Notes: generated from the sequence alone by a model not told the origin. Counted from the stretch's first letter, positions 21,301 to 29,791 are shown. The stretch: 39,818 nucleotides of DNA from an uncultured Clostridium sp. (GCA_964608075.1 CAZSMG010000004.1:1-39818), one strand, 5' to 3'. Numbers and translations: made by a program.

Positions 21301-23160
21301 TGTTGCTCCTTGTGCTAATTCATTTTCTGTGTATTTTGTTTGTTCTCCTTCTAATTGTATTTCTATTGTTTTATCTACTAATTTTGCTGCCTTTACTTTC
21401 ATTTCATCTTCATATAATAAATTTATTGAATTTACTTTTACTTGCTCTACTTGTTTTGGTAGCTCTATTTTTATTGTTGGGTTTTTGTATAAGTCATATT
21501 TTTCACTATTTGTTTCTAGTGTTACTTTTATTTCTACATTTTGATTTTCTATCATTGTTGATAAATCTTTTCTGTTTATTTCTATTTTTGCTTTTGTCTC
21601 TGTTTCTTTTAGGTTTATCTCATTTGTTTTTGTTTCTATTGTTTCATTGTATTTTAACTCTATTTCTTGTTTTAGTTTTTTGTATTCTTTTATTTCTTCT
21701 TGTTTTTTATTTTCTTCTTTTATTTGCTTTGTATGCTCTATTTTTATTATTCCTGTTTTTTCTGGTCTTCTTAGAGTTATTTTTATTTCTTTTATTCCTT
21801 GCTGATATTTAACTATGATATTTCCTTGTTCATCTGCTTCTGTTTTACTTGTTATTTCTGTTATATTTCCATTTGCTTCTATTTCTATTTTTCCTTCTTG
21901 TCCTAAAACTTCTTGCATTTTTTCTTTATTTATTTTTGTTTCCTTATATTCTACATTTGCTAATAATTCTACTTCTTCTGTGTCATACATTGCTTGTTTT
22001 TCTTTTATATCTACTTGTTCTATTTTGTCATAATTTACTCTTATCTCTTCTTGTGTTTTATATTCTCTTGCTTCTTTTGAATATATTTTCCCTTTATATA
22101 TTTCTTTTTCATTATTTTCTGTTTTTATTTCTATTGTTCCATCTTTTTCTTCTTCTACCTTTGCTACTACTTTATTTTGTTTTATTGTACTTTTACTATC
22201 ATATAGTTGTACTTTTGCTTCTATTTCTATTTCTTGACCTTTTATTTCTTTTTCATCTTCTAGTATATATGTTACTATTATTTTGTCTCTTCCTTCTTTT
22301 TTCCAGCTTATTTTTCCGTCTTTTTCTTCATTTGATATTTCTACTTTTATTTTTCCTTCTTCTTGACTATATTCTATTTCTCTTGCTTCTTCTCCATTTG
22401 TTGCTTCTGTTCCTGTTGTTATTACTTTTATTTGTTCTATTCCTTCTAGTTTTCCTATTGTTATTTGTGTGTTTTTAATTGGATATCTATTTTGTTCTAG
22501 TCCACTTTTAACTCTTATTTGTAAAAGTCTTTTTGTTTGTCCTTCTATTTGTATCTTTTTATTTGTTATTACTTGTGCTTCTAACTCTCCACCTTGTTCT
22601 TCATTATATGGTGATTCTAAATTTAGTTTTACTTCTTTTTGTGCTTTTACTTCTTCTTTTTTTGCTTCTGCATTTGTATATATTCCTTTTAGATCTATTT
22701 TACTTTCCATATTTAATAAACTTAAATCTATTTCTTCTCCTCTTTTTGCCCTTATTCCTACTTCTATTTCTATTTTTTCTCCTGCTTCTATTTGATCTAA
22801 GATTATTTTATTTTTATCTATCTTATTTATTTTTTCACTTAACTTTTCTTCTTTAAATTCAAAGTTACTTTCTTGTAAAGTTATTTCTCCATTGAAGTAT
22901 CCTTCTTTTTCTACTCCTACTTCCATGTATAGCTTCATGTCTTCTTTTTCTATACTTTCTTCTACTTGTGTTACTTTTTTTCCTTCTTCAGTTTTGAAAT
23001 ATGCTTTGAATTTTACATTCTTATTGCTTGTTTGTTCATCTTGACTAATTACACCTACCGCATAGCTTACTACATTTACTCCCATTAATATGAAATTTGC
23101 CATTGTTAGTGTTATTATTAACATCACTGCCATTATACTTTTTAAAATTCTTTCTTTCAT
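18349..23160 (-). CDS. Large surface protein: signal peptide, E/K-rich N-terminal half, DUF11-like and SdrD-B-like domains, SVQTG-TM-basic tail
   Basis: DUF11-like GEVIKYKVTIENTG and GDKINYTIKLKNNG; SdrD-B-like ISGIAWFDEDGNGQKD...TTDKDGFY; C-terminal ISVQTG, TM helix and KKVIRK; SD AGGAGG. Confidence 0.8.
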   Translation of the reverse strand: MKERILKSIMAVMLIITLTMANFILMGVNVVSYAVGVISQDEQTSNKNVKFKAYFKTEEGKKVTQVEESIEKEDMKLYMEVGVEKEGYFNGEITLQESNFEFKEEKLSEKINKIDKNKIILDQIEAGEKIEIEVGIRAKRGEEIDLSLLNMESKIDLKGIYTNAEAKKEEVKAQKEVKLNLESPYNEEQGGELEAQVITNKKIQIEGQTKRLLQIRVKSGLEQNRYPIKNTQITIGKLEGIEQIKVITTGTEATNGEEAREIEYSQEEGKIKVEISNEEKDGKISWKKEGRDKIIVTYILEDEKEIKGQEIEIEAKVQLYDSKSTIKQNKVVAKVEEEKDGTIEIKTENNEKEIYKGKIYSKEAREYKTQEEIRVNYDKIEQVDIKEKQAMYDTEEVELLANVEYKETKINKEKMQEVLGQEGKIEIEANGNITEITSKTEADEQGNIIVKYQQGIKEIKITLRRPEKTGIIKIEHTKQIKEENKKQEEIKEYKKLKQEIELKYNETIETKTNEINLKETETKAKIEINRKDLSTMIENQNVEIKVTLETNSEKYDLYKNPTIKIELPKQVEQVKVNSINLLYEDEMKVKAAKLVDKTIEIQLEGEQTKYTENELAQGATIIINANLKLDKKQASSKETIKLNINNEKGKEIQEERQIEIIAPTGIVVANTIEGMGITAIGQEETKTTILETGKEAREEEVKIEIINNNEAKIEDVKIIGTFPTKSNENTIDTEITKPIKVQGKQAKIYYSAKEDATEELTAENEWKETIENGKEVKKYLMTLDSMEAGEEIKATYNVGIPAGLKYNEEATEGYMVAYTNTLTGSEDKAKATEIEVKTGVGPEIKVALTAEVGGKELKDGDKVSAGEVIKYKVTIENTGTEDATNVKFEEIAPENTTFYNEGYKELKSLESIPEYISSRSYEKLAKGEKIVDTYEVEVDKKVQDNIPIVNKINISSDQISAESNESKLVTKSSKISARVIQDGEGFEDHILINGYGCFLILQVENSSDEDLNNVKVDLTTDNKYIFVESIFNSEEYEGIQISDKSITINKLPKNSKMIFSIGIYALDEKLTQKDKGYIYSTIEVDQNKYSSNVMEYTIVPRLQPSMLITQASDTANKYVKDGDKINYTIKLKNNGQKDLSNIILKDAVPNKLTILKVEKDGNTISEFKNDNGKITQVDNNINIANIALKQGEETEIKITALVEKGTQSKQTIKLVNTAEAVCYGDNLIVKAEDIIHYVETKQTEGSDPSKDPTDNNNNDNDKNNKKYSISGIAWFDEDGNGQKDSSEALLSDIAVKLIDVKTNKIVKDASGNELKATTDKDGFYALDKINQGKYIVIFEYDSTKYIPTSYKVQGVAENKNSNAILNTINIDGKSQEVASTDTYTITNKNISDVNIGLKEIKTFDMKLDKFISKISVNNSKGTKNYNYDDSTFAKLELHSKAMVGSNIVVEYEIRVTNNGDAEGYVRSIVDYLPKGLKFSSELNKDWYQLNSNVYNTSLANELLRPGETKSVKLVLTKTITSGDSEIISNTAEIAESYTALGLEDINSIAGNKAQGENDMGRAEFIISVQTGEIVKNVTLITMFILMIIGVSVYFINKKVIRKM

Positions 23161-23219
23161 ATCTTTTCCTCCTAGACTTTAACTTTTGTTTTAAGTTAAG
23201 TAAAATTTTTCTACTTTAT

Positions 23220-23247
23220 ATTATATATTGCGTAAATTCTAAGTCAA
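23220..23247 (-). promoter_or_regulatory. Proximal SigA-type promoter for the surface-protein operon
   Basis: TTGACT-16 nt-TATAAT. Confidence 0.55.
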
Positions 23248-23346
23248 TAACATAAATAGCCTAATTTCTATAATATAAATTTTTCGTCTAATTTCACTCT
23301 ACGGAAGGTCACTTTCGTTGTTTTTTTGCTATTTTATTAAGTTTTT

Positions 23347-23363
23347 ATTACATTTTTATTACA
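23347..23363 (-). promoter_or_regulatory. WalR/OmpR-family-like direct-repeat box
   Basis: TGTAAT-AAAAA-TGTAAT matches the TGTWAH-N5-TGTWAH consensus. The AT-rich background lowers specificity. Confidence 0.4.
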
Positions 23364-23413
23364 TTTAATAAAAACTCTAACAAAATATTCTAAGCAAATT
23401 TACCCTAATCTAT

Positions 23414-23442
23414 ATTATACTCCATTTAAAAGTATTTTTCAA
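23414..23442 (-). promoter_or_regulatory. Distal SigA-type promoter for the surface-protein operon
   Basis: TTGAAA-17 nt-TATAAT. Confidence 0.55.
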
Positions 23443-23544
23443 TAAAAATATGTAAAAAAATAACTTTTTATGTAACTTTATATAAAAGTATTCATTTTTA
23501 CAATTTTAAAAATATGATTTGCTGTAACATTATTTTTATATACT

Positions 23545-23573
23545 TCATAATATATGTATATATTTCATACAAT
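23545..23573 (+). promoter_or_regulatory. SigE-type (mother-cell sporulation) promoter
   Basis: TCATAAT-14 nt-CATACAAT, just upstream of SD GAGGTGA. Confidence 0.6.
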
Positions 23574-23590
23574 ATAAAGAGGTGATAATT

Positions 23591-23746
23591 TTGAATAACA
23601 ACAATATAGACATGAATAAGTTAATTGGAATGATTAGCAAAATGGATAAAAAACAACTTGAAAATACAATATCAAAAGCAAATGAAATTATGAATTCCCC
23701 AAATAGAGAAAAACTTATTGATGAACTAAAGAAAAACATGAACTAA
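23591..23746 (+). CDS. Small hypothetical protein (51 aa), below the ORF-track cutoff
   Basis: SD GAGGTGA, 5 nt, then TTG. Translates as MNNNNIDMNKLIGMISKMDKKQLENTISKANEIMNSPNREKLIDELKKNMN; the stop is followed closely by the next SD. Confidence 0.8.
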   Translation: MNNNNIDMNKLIGMISKMDKKQLENTISKANEIMNSPNREKLIDELKKNMN

Positions 23747-23768
23747 TTTTTAAGGGAAGTGATATTTG

Positions 23769-24245
23769 ATGTCTGATGATATGAATGATATTTTTAACAA
23801 TTTAAAAAATATGGTAGATAACGGAAGCCTACCAGATAATCTTCAAGAAATAATTAATAACTTTAAAAGTAGTACTAATAACAATTCAAACGAAAATATA
23901 TCAAACAATGAAAATAATAATCAATCAAATTCTGACTCAAATAAAATTTCACCTGAAATGATAAGTACTTTGTCTAATTTACTTAATTCAAATACTAGTA
24001 ATAATGAAAAAAAAGAATCACAATCTGAGCCATCAATTGATATAAATACTATTTTAAAAATGAAAACAATTATTGATTCAATGAATAAAAAAGATGACCC
24101 TAGAGCTAATCTACTATATTCTTTAAAACCTTATCTAAGAGAAAATAGAAAAAACAAATTAGACCAATATGTAAATTTACTAAAGATGACAAATATCGCT
24201 GATGTATTAAAAAATGAGAAAAAGGAGAATAATTCTAATGTTTAA
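23769..24245 (+). CDS. Hypothetical protein with Asn/Ser-rich linker, likely sporulation-associated
   Basis: ORF with SD-like AAGGGAAGTGA (start ATG 23769 or TTG 23766); helical C-terminus DDPRANLLYSLKPYL. Confidence 0.75.
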   Translation: MSDDMNDIFNNLKNMVDNGSLPDNLQEIINNFKSSTNNNSNENISNNENNNQSNSDSNKISPEMISTLSNLLNSNTSNNEKKESQSEPSIDINTILKMKTIIDSMNKKDDPRANLLYSLKPYLRENRKNKLDQYVNLLKMTNIADVLKNEKKENNSNV

Positions 24246-24528
24246 TTTTCCTTATCTTCCTAGTCCGTTTCCTTATTATAAGAGATATGGTTACAATAAC
24301 TATACTAAAAACAATACATACGAAAATATTAATACAAAATATCATCAAAATATAGATAGTAAAAAAACTGAACCTAAAAATACTAATGACACATTCCTAT
24401 TTGACTTATTTGGAATAAAACTATATTTTGATGATATTTTATTACTATGTCTTATTTTCTTCTTATATAATGAGGGTGTAAAAGATGAAGGATTGTTTTT
24501 TGCATTAATTTTATTACTATTAACTTAA
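24238..24528 (+). CDS. Hypothetical protein with Tyr/Pro/Asn-rich N-terminus and hydrophobic C-terminal hairpin, likely sporulation-associated
   Basis: Start moved to ATG 24238 (SD AAGGAG), overlapping the end of the upstream gene; C-terminus DDILLLCLIFFLY...LFFALILLLL. Confidence 0.75.
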   Translation: MFNFPYLPSPFPYYKRYGYNNYTKNNTYENINTKYHQNIDSKKTEPKNTNDTFLFDLFGIKLYFDDILLLCLIFFLYNEGVKDEGLFFALILLLLT

Positions 24529-24568
24529 AAAAAGAAATCATAGAAAATTAATCTATAATTTCTTTTTT
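24527..24568. terminator. Bidirectional terminator between the SigE operon and minC
   Basis: aaaaaagaaatcataga / tctataatttctttttt; the single mismatch is a G-U pair on the minus strand. Confidence 0.7.
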
Positions 24569-24609
24569 ATGTTTATTAGTATTTTTAATATTTTAATTAA
24601 ATATATCTT

Positions 24610-25221
24610 TTATTCTATTTCGATTTTATCTTCATTTACATATATATATGCTTGTTTATGCATTGGTTCTTCTTCTCTGTCAATTTCTTTTACTATATTA
24701 GATATTCTAAGCTGTACTGTATCTAAAATTCCTGCAGATATAATTGCTTGTTTATTCCCTTTAGCTCCTGCATGTGCCAACCCCCTAAGAGTTCCTAAAA
24801 CAACTATATTATCTCTAGCCATAACCTCAGCTCCTGAATTTACATCTCCAAGAATAACTAAACTTCCATCAACTTCCATTTTTTTGCCTGATCTTAAAGA
24901 ACCTTTATGAAATTTAGTCTCAGATAATGCAATTTCCTGATCAAATGCTTTTTTTATACTAGATAATCCAAATTCCTTTGGTATATCAAATTCCACGTCA
25001 ACATCTATCTTTGATTTTATTATATTCTGAAGTTCATCTATTTCTTTATTTTTTAAAACCTTTCCTGTAACTTTTATAGGTGTTTTCGCACCTTTATATA
25101 GTTTTTTCAAATCAGGTAACTTTTTATTAAAACTCCAAACTATATTACTAAAATCTGCATCTTCATTTATTTTTATCACTATATAGTCTTTTTTTAAATT
25201 TATTGTTATACAACTTCTCAT
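24610..25221 (-). CDS. minC: Septum site-determining protein MinC
   Basis: SLRSGKK...ILGDVNSGAEV...VLGTLRGLAHAG beta-helix motifs; follows mreBCD-pbp2. Confidence 0.92.
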   Translation of the reverse strand: MRSCITINLKKDYIVIKINEDADFSNIVWSFNKKLPDLKKLYKGAKTPIKVTGKVLKNKEIDELQNIIKSKIDVDVEFDIPKEFGLSSIKKAFDQEIALSETKFHKGSLRSGKKMEVDGSLVILGDVNSGAEVMARDNIVVLGTLRGLAHAGAKGNKQAIISAGILDTVQLRISNIVKEIDREEEPMHKQAYIYVNEDKIEIE

Positions 25222-25235
25222 TTTTACATCCTCTC

Positions 25236-27329
25236 TTAATTTAATATTTCTGTATATGGAATCGCAGTCATATCTTCTTTTACATCAGAATTCATTCCGA
25301 AATATTCCGCAATTATTTCTCTTACTACTTCTGCTGTATAGTTTCCATGTCCTCCATTTTCAACCATTACTACAATTGCAATTTCTGGATTATTATATGG
25401 TGCAAATCCAGCAAACCATGCATTTACTTTTGTTCCCGCTTCGGCAGATCCTGTCTTTCCTCCAACTTCTATATTAAAATCTTTAAATATATTATATGCT
25501 GTTCCTCCACGTTCTCCTGTAACAGATTTCATTCCTGCTAAAATAGTATTTAAGTTTTCTTGCTTTAATTGTAAGTTTTCTACATTCTTTTCATATAATC
25601 CTAATTTTCCATCTACATATTTACTTATTTCATCTTTTGAAACCTCGGTTCCATCATAATTTTGAACTGATTGAATAATTGTAGGTTTAATTTGTTTTCC
25701 ACCATTTGCTAGCATACTAACATATTTAACCATTTGAAGTGGAGTAAAGCTATTATCACCTTGTCCTATTACAGCATTTAAGACATCTCCTCCATTCCAT
25801 GGTTTATTCAATTGTTCTGATGTTTCCTTACTTGCTAATGTACCTGCTGCTTCACTAGATAATTCTACTCCTGTTTTACTTCCAAGTCCAAAATATTTAG
25901 CATATTTTACTAATGTGTCTATTCCCATTCTCTTTCCAGTTTCATAGAAGAAAAAGTTACAAGAATGTTGTATAGCACCTGAAACATTAAGCAAGCCATG
26001 ACCAGAATGATAATCTGTATAATGCCAACATTTCCATTCATTATTACCATATCTATATATACCTGTATCATTTATTTTTTCATTTATTGTAATTGCATTT
26101 GACTCTAAACCTGCAATTGCTGATACCATTTTAAATATTGATCCTGGAGAATATGCATCTTGAATAGCTTTATTCCTAAGTGGCTTTGCTTCATTATTTA
26201 TATATGAATTCCAATTCTCTGTTGTTATTCCTCCTACAAATAATTCAGGCTGATAATCTGGGAAACTTGCCATAGCAAGTATCTCTCCTGTTTTTACATT
26301 CATTACTACACAGCTTCCAGCTTTTGTATCATAGCTTTGAGAAAATCCTCCACTTGAAATTTTTTGAATATTATTTGCTAAAGCTTGCTCAGTAACTTTT
26401 TGAAGATTTGCATCTATTGTAAGTATTACATCAGATCCTGCTTTTGCTTCTTCAGATACATACTCTGCAGTTACTGTACCATCAACTGCCATATCTATTT
26501 GTTTTATTCCATTTTCACCTTTTAAATAATCTTCAAATACATATTCAATTCCTGCTCTTCCTATTATATCATCATTACTATATGTATCTTTTTTTTGAGC
26601 GTATTCTTCTTGATTAATTTGTCCTACATATCCTAATATATGAGAGGCAAGGCTTCCTGATGTATATGTTCTTATTGGCTCTTTTACTATATTTATTCCT
26701 GGAAAATCATCTGCTCTTTCACTTATTTGAGCAATTGTTTGTCTATTTACATCTTTTGCAATGCTTAAAGGTCTTGTACTACTATATCCTTTTTCAGCTA
26801 TTTCATATCTTATAGCAATTATTTTTCTAACTTCATTTATATCTTCATTTTGTATTTTGTATTTTATTTTAAATTTATAAAAACAATCTTCTGCTGTTGC
26901 ATCATCTTTCATTTTATTATTTTGTTTCCATTTTGCAAGAGCCTCTCCATCAATTGTAAATGTAAATGGATTTATTGTTATAGGAAAAGAATCTACATAT
27001 TTTTGATTGTTCTTTTCTAAAACTTTTATTAAATCTAATATTGTATTATTTAAATCTTGTGTATCAATTTTAGTTTTATATAGTTCTAAACTAAATCCCA
27101 TTTTATTAGTCGCTAAAACATTTCCAGTTTTATCTAAAATGTCACCCCTTGATGCTTCTAATGTACTTTCACGTGAAAGTCTTGTATTTGACTGATTTCT
27201 ATAATCTTCTCCTTTTATAATTTGTAAATTGAATAATTGGATAATTAATATTATTCCAACAATATAAATTAAAAGAGACAATATATTAAATCTTAAGTTT
27301 ATATTATCTTTAGATACTCTCTTACCCAA
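25236..27329 (-). CDS. mrdA: Class B penicillin-binding protein 2 (elongasome transpeptidase)
   Basis: N-terminal TM helix, RGDILD, SxxK (GSIFK), SCN and KTG motifs; directly after mreD. Confidence 0.92.
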   Translation of the reverse strand: MGKRVSKDNINLRFNILSLLIYIVGIILIIQLFNLQIIKGEDYRNQSNTRLSRESTLEASRGDILDKTGNVLATNKMGFSLELYKTKIDTQDLNNTILDLIKVLEKNNQKYVDSFPITINPFTFTIDGEALAKWKQNNKMKDDATAEDCFYKFKIKYKIQNEDINEVRKIIAIRYEIAEKGYSSTRPLSIAKDVNRQTIAQISERADDFPGINIVKEPIRTYTSGSLASHILGYVGQINQEEYAQKKDTYSNDDIIGRAGIEYVFEDYLKGENGIKQIDMAVDGTVTAEYVSEEAKAGSDVILTIDANLQKVTEQALANNIQKISSGGFSQSYDTKAGSCVVMNVKTGEILAMASFPDYQPELFVGGITTENWNSYINNEAKPLRNKAIQDAYSPGSIFKMVSAIAGLESNAITINEKINDTGIYRYGNNEWKCWHYTDYHSGHGLLNVSGAIQHSCNFFFYETGKRMGIDTLVKYAKYFGLGSKTGVELSSEAAGTLASKETSEQLNKPWNGGDVLNAVIGQGDNSFTPLQMVKYVSMLANGGKQIKPTIIQSVQNYDGTEVSKDEISKYVDGKLGLYEKNVENLQLKQENLNTILAGMKSVTGERGGTAYNIFKDFNIEVGGKTGSAEAGTKVNAWFAGFAPYNNPEIAIVVMVENGGHGNYTAEVVREIIAEYFGMNSDVKEDMTAIPYTEILN

Positions 27330-27346
27330 TTTTTCACCTTCTTTGC

Positions 27347-27880
27347 TTAAAAATACTTTGTTAAAATCTTATTTTCTTTAAATTTACTTTCTATATAAAA
27401 TCCTGCCGTTTGTATTAATGGATATAAAATAATTGTAAGAATTATATTATATATAACTTCTATAATTAATATCTTTATAAATGCAATTATATCAATATTA
27501 ATTTTAAACATTATATAACTTAATATATACATTCCTATTTCATATATTAATGTACTTACCATAACCATAATCATTATTGTTATTCTACTATCTTTAGAAA
27601 AATTTTTATCAAATAGTGATCCTATTAATCCAATACTTCCTAACATAATTGCAGTCATACCTATTTTCTTACCTATAAATAAATCTAAAAATAGTCCAAA
27701 TACTACTCCATAAGTTACTCCCATTGCTTTATTACTAAAAAGTGCTATAAATAAAACTAATATAACAAATAAATTTGGCATAACTCCTGCTATCTTAAAC
27801 CATGAAAAGAAATTTAGTTGTAAAAAATAAATTATGAAAAAACTTAATATTACTACAATATTAATAATTGTCTTCTTCAA
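27347..27880 (-). CDS. mreD: Rod shape-determining protein MreD
   Basis: Hydrophobic 177-aa protein with GVMPNL and GLFLD; lies between mreC and pbp2. Confidence 0.9.
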   Translation of the reverse strand: MKKTIINIVVILSFFIIYFLQLNFFSWFKIAGVMPNLFVILVLFIALFSNKAMGVTYGVVFGLFLDLFIGKKIGMTAIMLGSIGLIGSLFDKNFSKDSRITIMIMVMVSTLIYEIGMYILSYIMFKINIDIIAFIKILIIEVIYNIILTIILYPLIQTAGFYIESKFKENKILTKYF

Positions 27881-27901
27881 TTATTTCACTCCACTCTTAT
27901 A

Positions 27902-28717
27902 TTACTTTGTTACTACTAATACAGTTTCTAATTTGTTAAAATCTACTGCTGTCTTTACAATAGCATATCTATCTATACTATTGTTTGTATTAACTACTTT
28001 TTCTATTGTTCCTACATGGATTCCCTTATGATATATTCCTCCAATTCCAGATGTCTCAATACTATCTCCTTGTATAATTGCAGCATTCATAGGAATATAT
28101 GTTGCATTTAATAATTCATTACTATCTAATGTACCTTTACATACAATACTATCTCTTGTAGTACTCATTAAACAACTTACAGAACTTCCACTATCTACTA
28201 TTGTTTGTACTTTTGAAGTATTATCTTCTACTGAAATAATATGTCCTACTAATCCTTTATCAGATATTACTACCATATCTTTTTCTACGCCATCTTTTTT
28301 ACCTATACTTATTACTATTGTTTTAGAGTAGTTGCTTATATCTCTATTTATAACATATCCTGGTATTGTATCATATTCACTAAATTTTTCAGTTAGTTTC
28401 ATGTATTCTTTTAATGTTTGATTTTCTGTTTTTATATTTTCTAATTCTCTTAAATTCTGCTCTAATTGACTATTTTTTTGTTTTAATTCTTTATTTTCAT
28501 TTTTTAATTCATTTATATCAGTAAAAAATGTGCTATTTCCATTCATTTTATTTTTTAGATATGTCAATCCATTTTGAATAGGCATAACCAATTTACTTGC
28601 CACATTTTCGATATATGACAAGTTACTATTTTCTATATTTGTTAATATTACTAACATTATTAGAATAATTATTGTTATAACTATTCCTAAAATTCCACTT
28701 TTTTTACTTTTATACAT
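27902..28717 (-). CDS. mreC: Rod shape-determining protein MreC
   Basis: TM helix, coiled coil (LKNENKEL), GLVGHI, TSGIGGIY.KGIHVG. Confidence 0.94.
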   Translation of the reverse strand: MYKSKKSGILGIVITIIILIMLVILTNIENSNLSYIENVASKLVMPIQNGLTYLKNKMNGNSTFFTDINELKNENKELKQKNSQLEQNLRELENIKTENQTLKEYMKLTEKFSEYDTIPGYVINRDISNYSKTIVISIGKKDGVEKDMVVISDKGLVGHIISVEDNTSKVQTIVDSGSSVSCLMSTTRDSIVCKGTLDSNELLNATYIPMNAAIIQGDSIETSGIGGIYHKGIHVGTIEKVVNTNNSIDRYAIVKTAVDFNKLETVLVVTK

Positions 28718-28732
28718 TTTAAGCTCCTATAC

Positions 28733-29764
28733 TTATCTTCTCTTTCTAGAATTAATAAGTACTGTTTTTAAGTTTTCTAAATCTTCTAATGTTTTACCTG
28801 TTCCTCTAACAACACAATCTAATGGTTCTTCTGCTATATATACAGGCATACCTGTTTGAGTACTTATTAATTTATCTAAATTCTGAATTAATGCTCCACC
28901 ACCTGCTAAAACAATTCCCTTTTCTATAATATCTGATGCTAACTCTGGTGGTGTTTTTTCTAATGTAACTTTTACAATATCAACTATCTTTTCAATTGAC
29001 TCTCTCATTGCTTCTTCCATTTGAGTTGATGTTACAATTACATTCCTTGGAAGTCCATCTGTTAAATCTCTTCCTCTGATCTCCATTGACATCTCTGTCA
29101 TAAGAGGCATTGCACATCCTATTTGCATTTTAATTTGTTCCGCTGTTGTATTTCCAATTGCTAAATTCATCTCTCTTTTTATATAGTTTACTATATCTTC
29201 ATCTAATTCATCTCCTGCAACTCTTAAAGAATTGCTTACAACTATTCCACCTAAAGATATAACCGCAATCTCTGTTGTTCCTCCACCTATATCTACTATT
29301 ATATTTCCAGTAGGTTCAGCGACTGAAAGTGATGCTCCAATTGCAGCAGCCATAGGCTCTTCTATTAAATAAACTTCTTTAGCACCTGCTTGAATTACAG
29401 ACTCTTCTACAGCCCTTTCTTCTACTTCCGTTATTCCTGATGGAACCCCAACAACTACCCTTGGTTTACCTATATTATATCTTTGTGAAATTTTCTTTAT
29501 TATATTTTTTAGCATTAATTGCGTAGCTGTAAAATCTGCTATAACACCATCTTTTAGCGGTCTTACAGCTCTTATTTGTTCAGGTGTTCTACCTAACATT
29601 TCTTTTGCTTCATGTCCTGTTGCTAATATGTTCCCTGATTTTATATCAATTGCTACAACAGATGGCTCTTTTAGAACTATCCCTTTACCTCTAATTGTGA
29701 CTAATATATTAGCTGTTCCTAAATCAATTCCTATATCTTTTGATCCAATTGTAAAAAGTTTCAT
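28733..29764 (-). CDS. mreB: Rod shape-determining protein MreB
   Basis: Motifs IGIDLGTAN, RPLKDGVIADF, DIGGGTTE, GIVLAGGGAL. Confidence 0.97.
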   Translation of the reverse strand: MKLFTIGSKDIGIDLGTANILVTIRGKGIVLKEPSVVAIDIKSGNILATGHEAKEMLGRTPEQIRAVRPLKDGVIADFTATQLMLKNIIKKISQRYNIGKPRVVVGVPSGITEVEERAVEESVIQAGAKEVYLIEEPMAAAIGASLSVAEPTGNIIVDIGGGTTEIAVISLGGIVVSNSLRVAGDELDEDIVNYIKREMNLAIGNTTAEQIKMQIGCAMPLMTEMSMEIRGRDLTDGLPRNVIVTSTQMEEAMRESIEKIVDIVKVTLEKTPPELASDIIEKGIVLAGGGALIQNLDKLISTQTGMPVYIAEEPLDCVVRGTGKTLEDLENLKTVLINSRKRR

Positions 29765-29791
29765 AATATATTTCCTTTCAAATAATTTATT

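Noticed and set aside
20319-22856. Cluster of long Leu/Phe-rich plus-strand ORFs
   Set aside because: These are antisense shadows of the purine-skewed coding strand, with no SD or family motifs.
13742-23160. Possible diversity-generating retroelement target
   Set aside because: No reverse transcriptase is in the window, and I saw no template/variable repeat pair differing at adenines.
23270-23335. Possible c-di-GMP riboswitch upstream of the surface-protein operon
   Set aside because: GCAAA and cGAAAg words are present, but the paired P2 stem and downstream conserved elements are not. An Rfam scan would settle it.
23545-23739. 64-aa minus-strand ORF from the track
   Set aside because: It is antisense to the better-supported 51-aa plus-strand ORF, which has an SD and a promoter.
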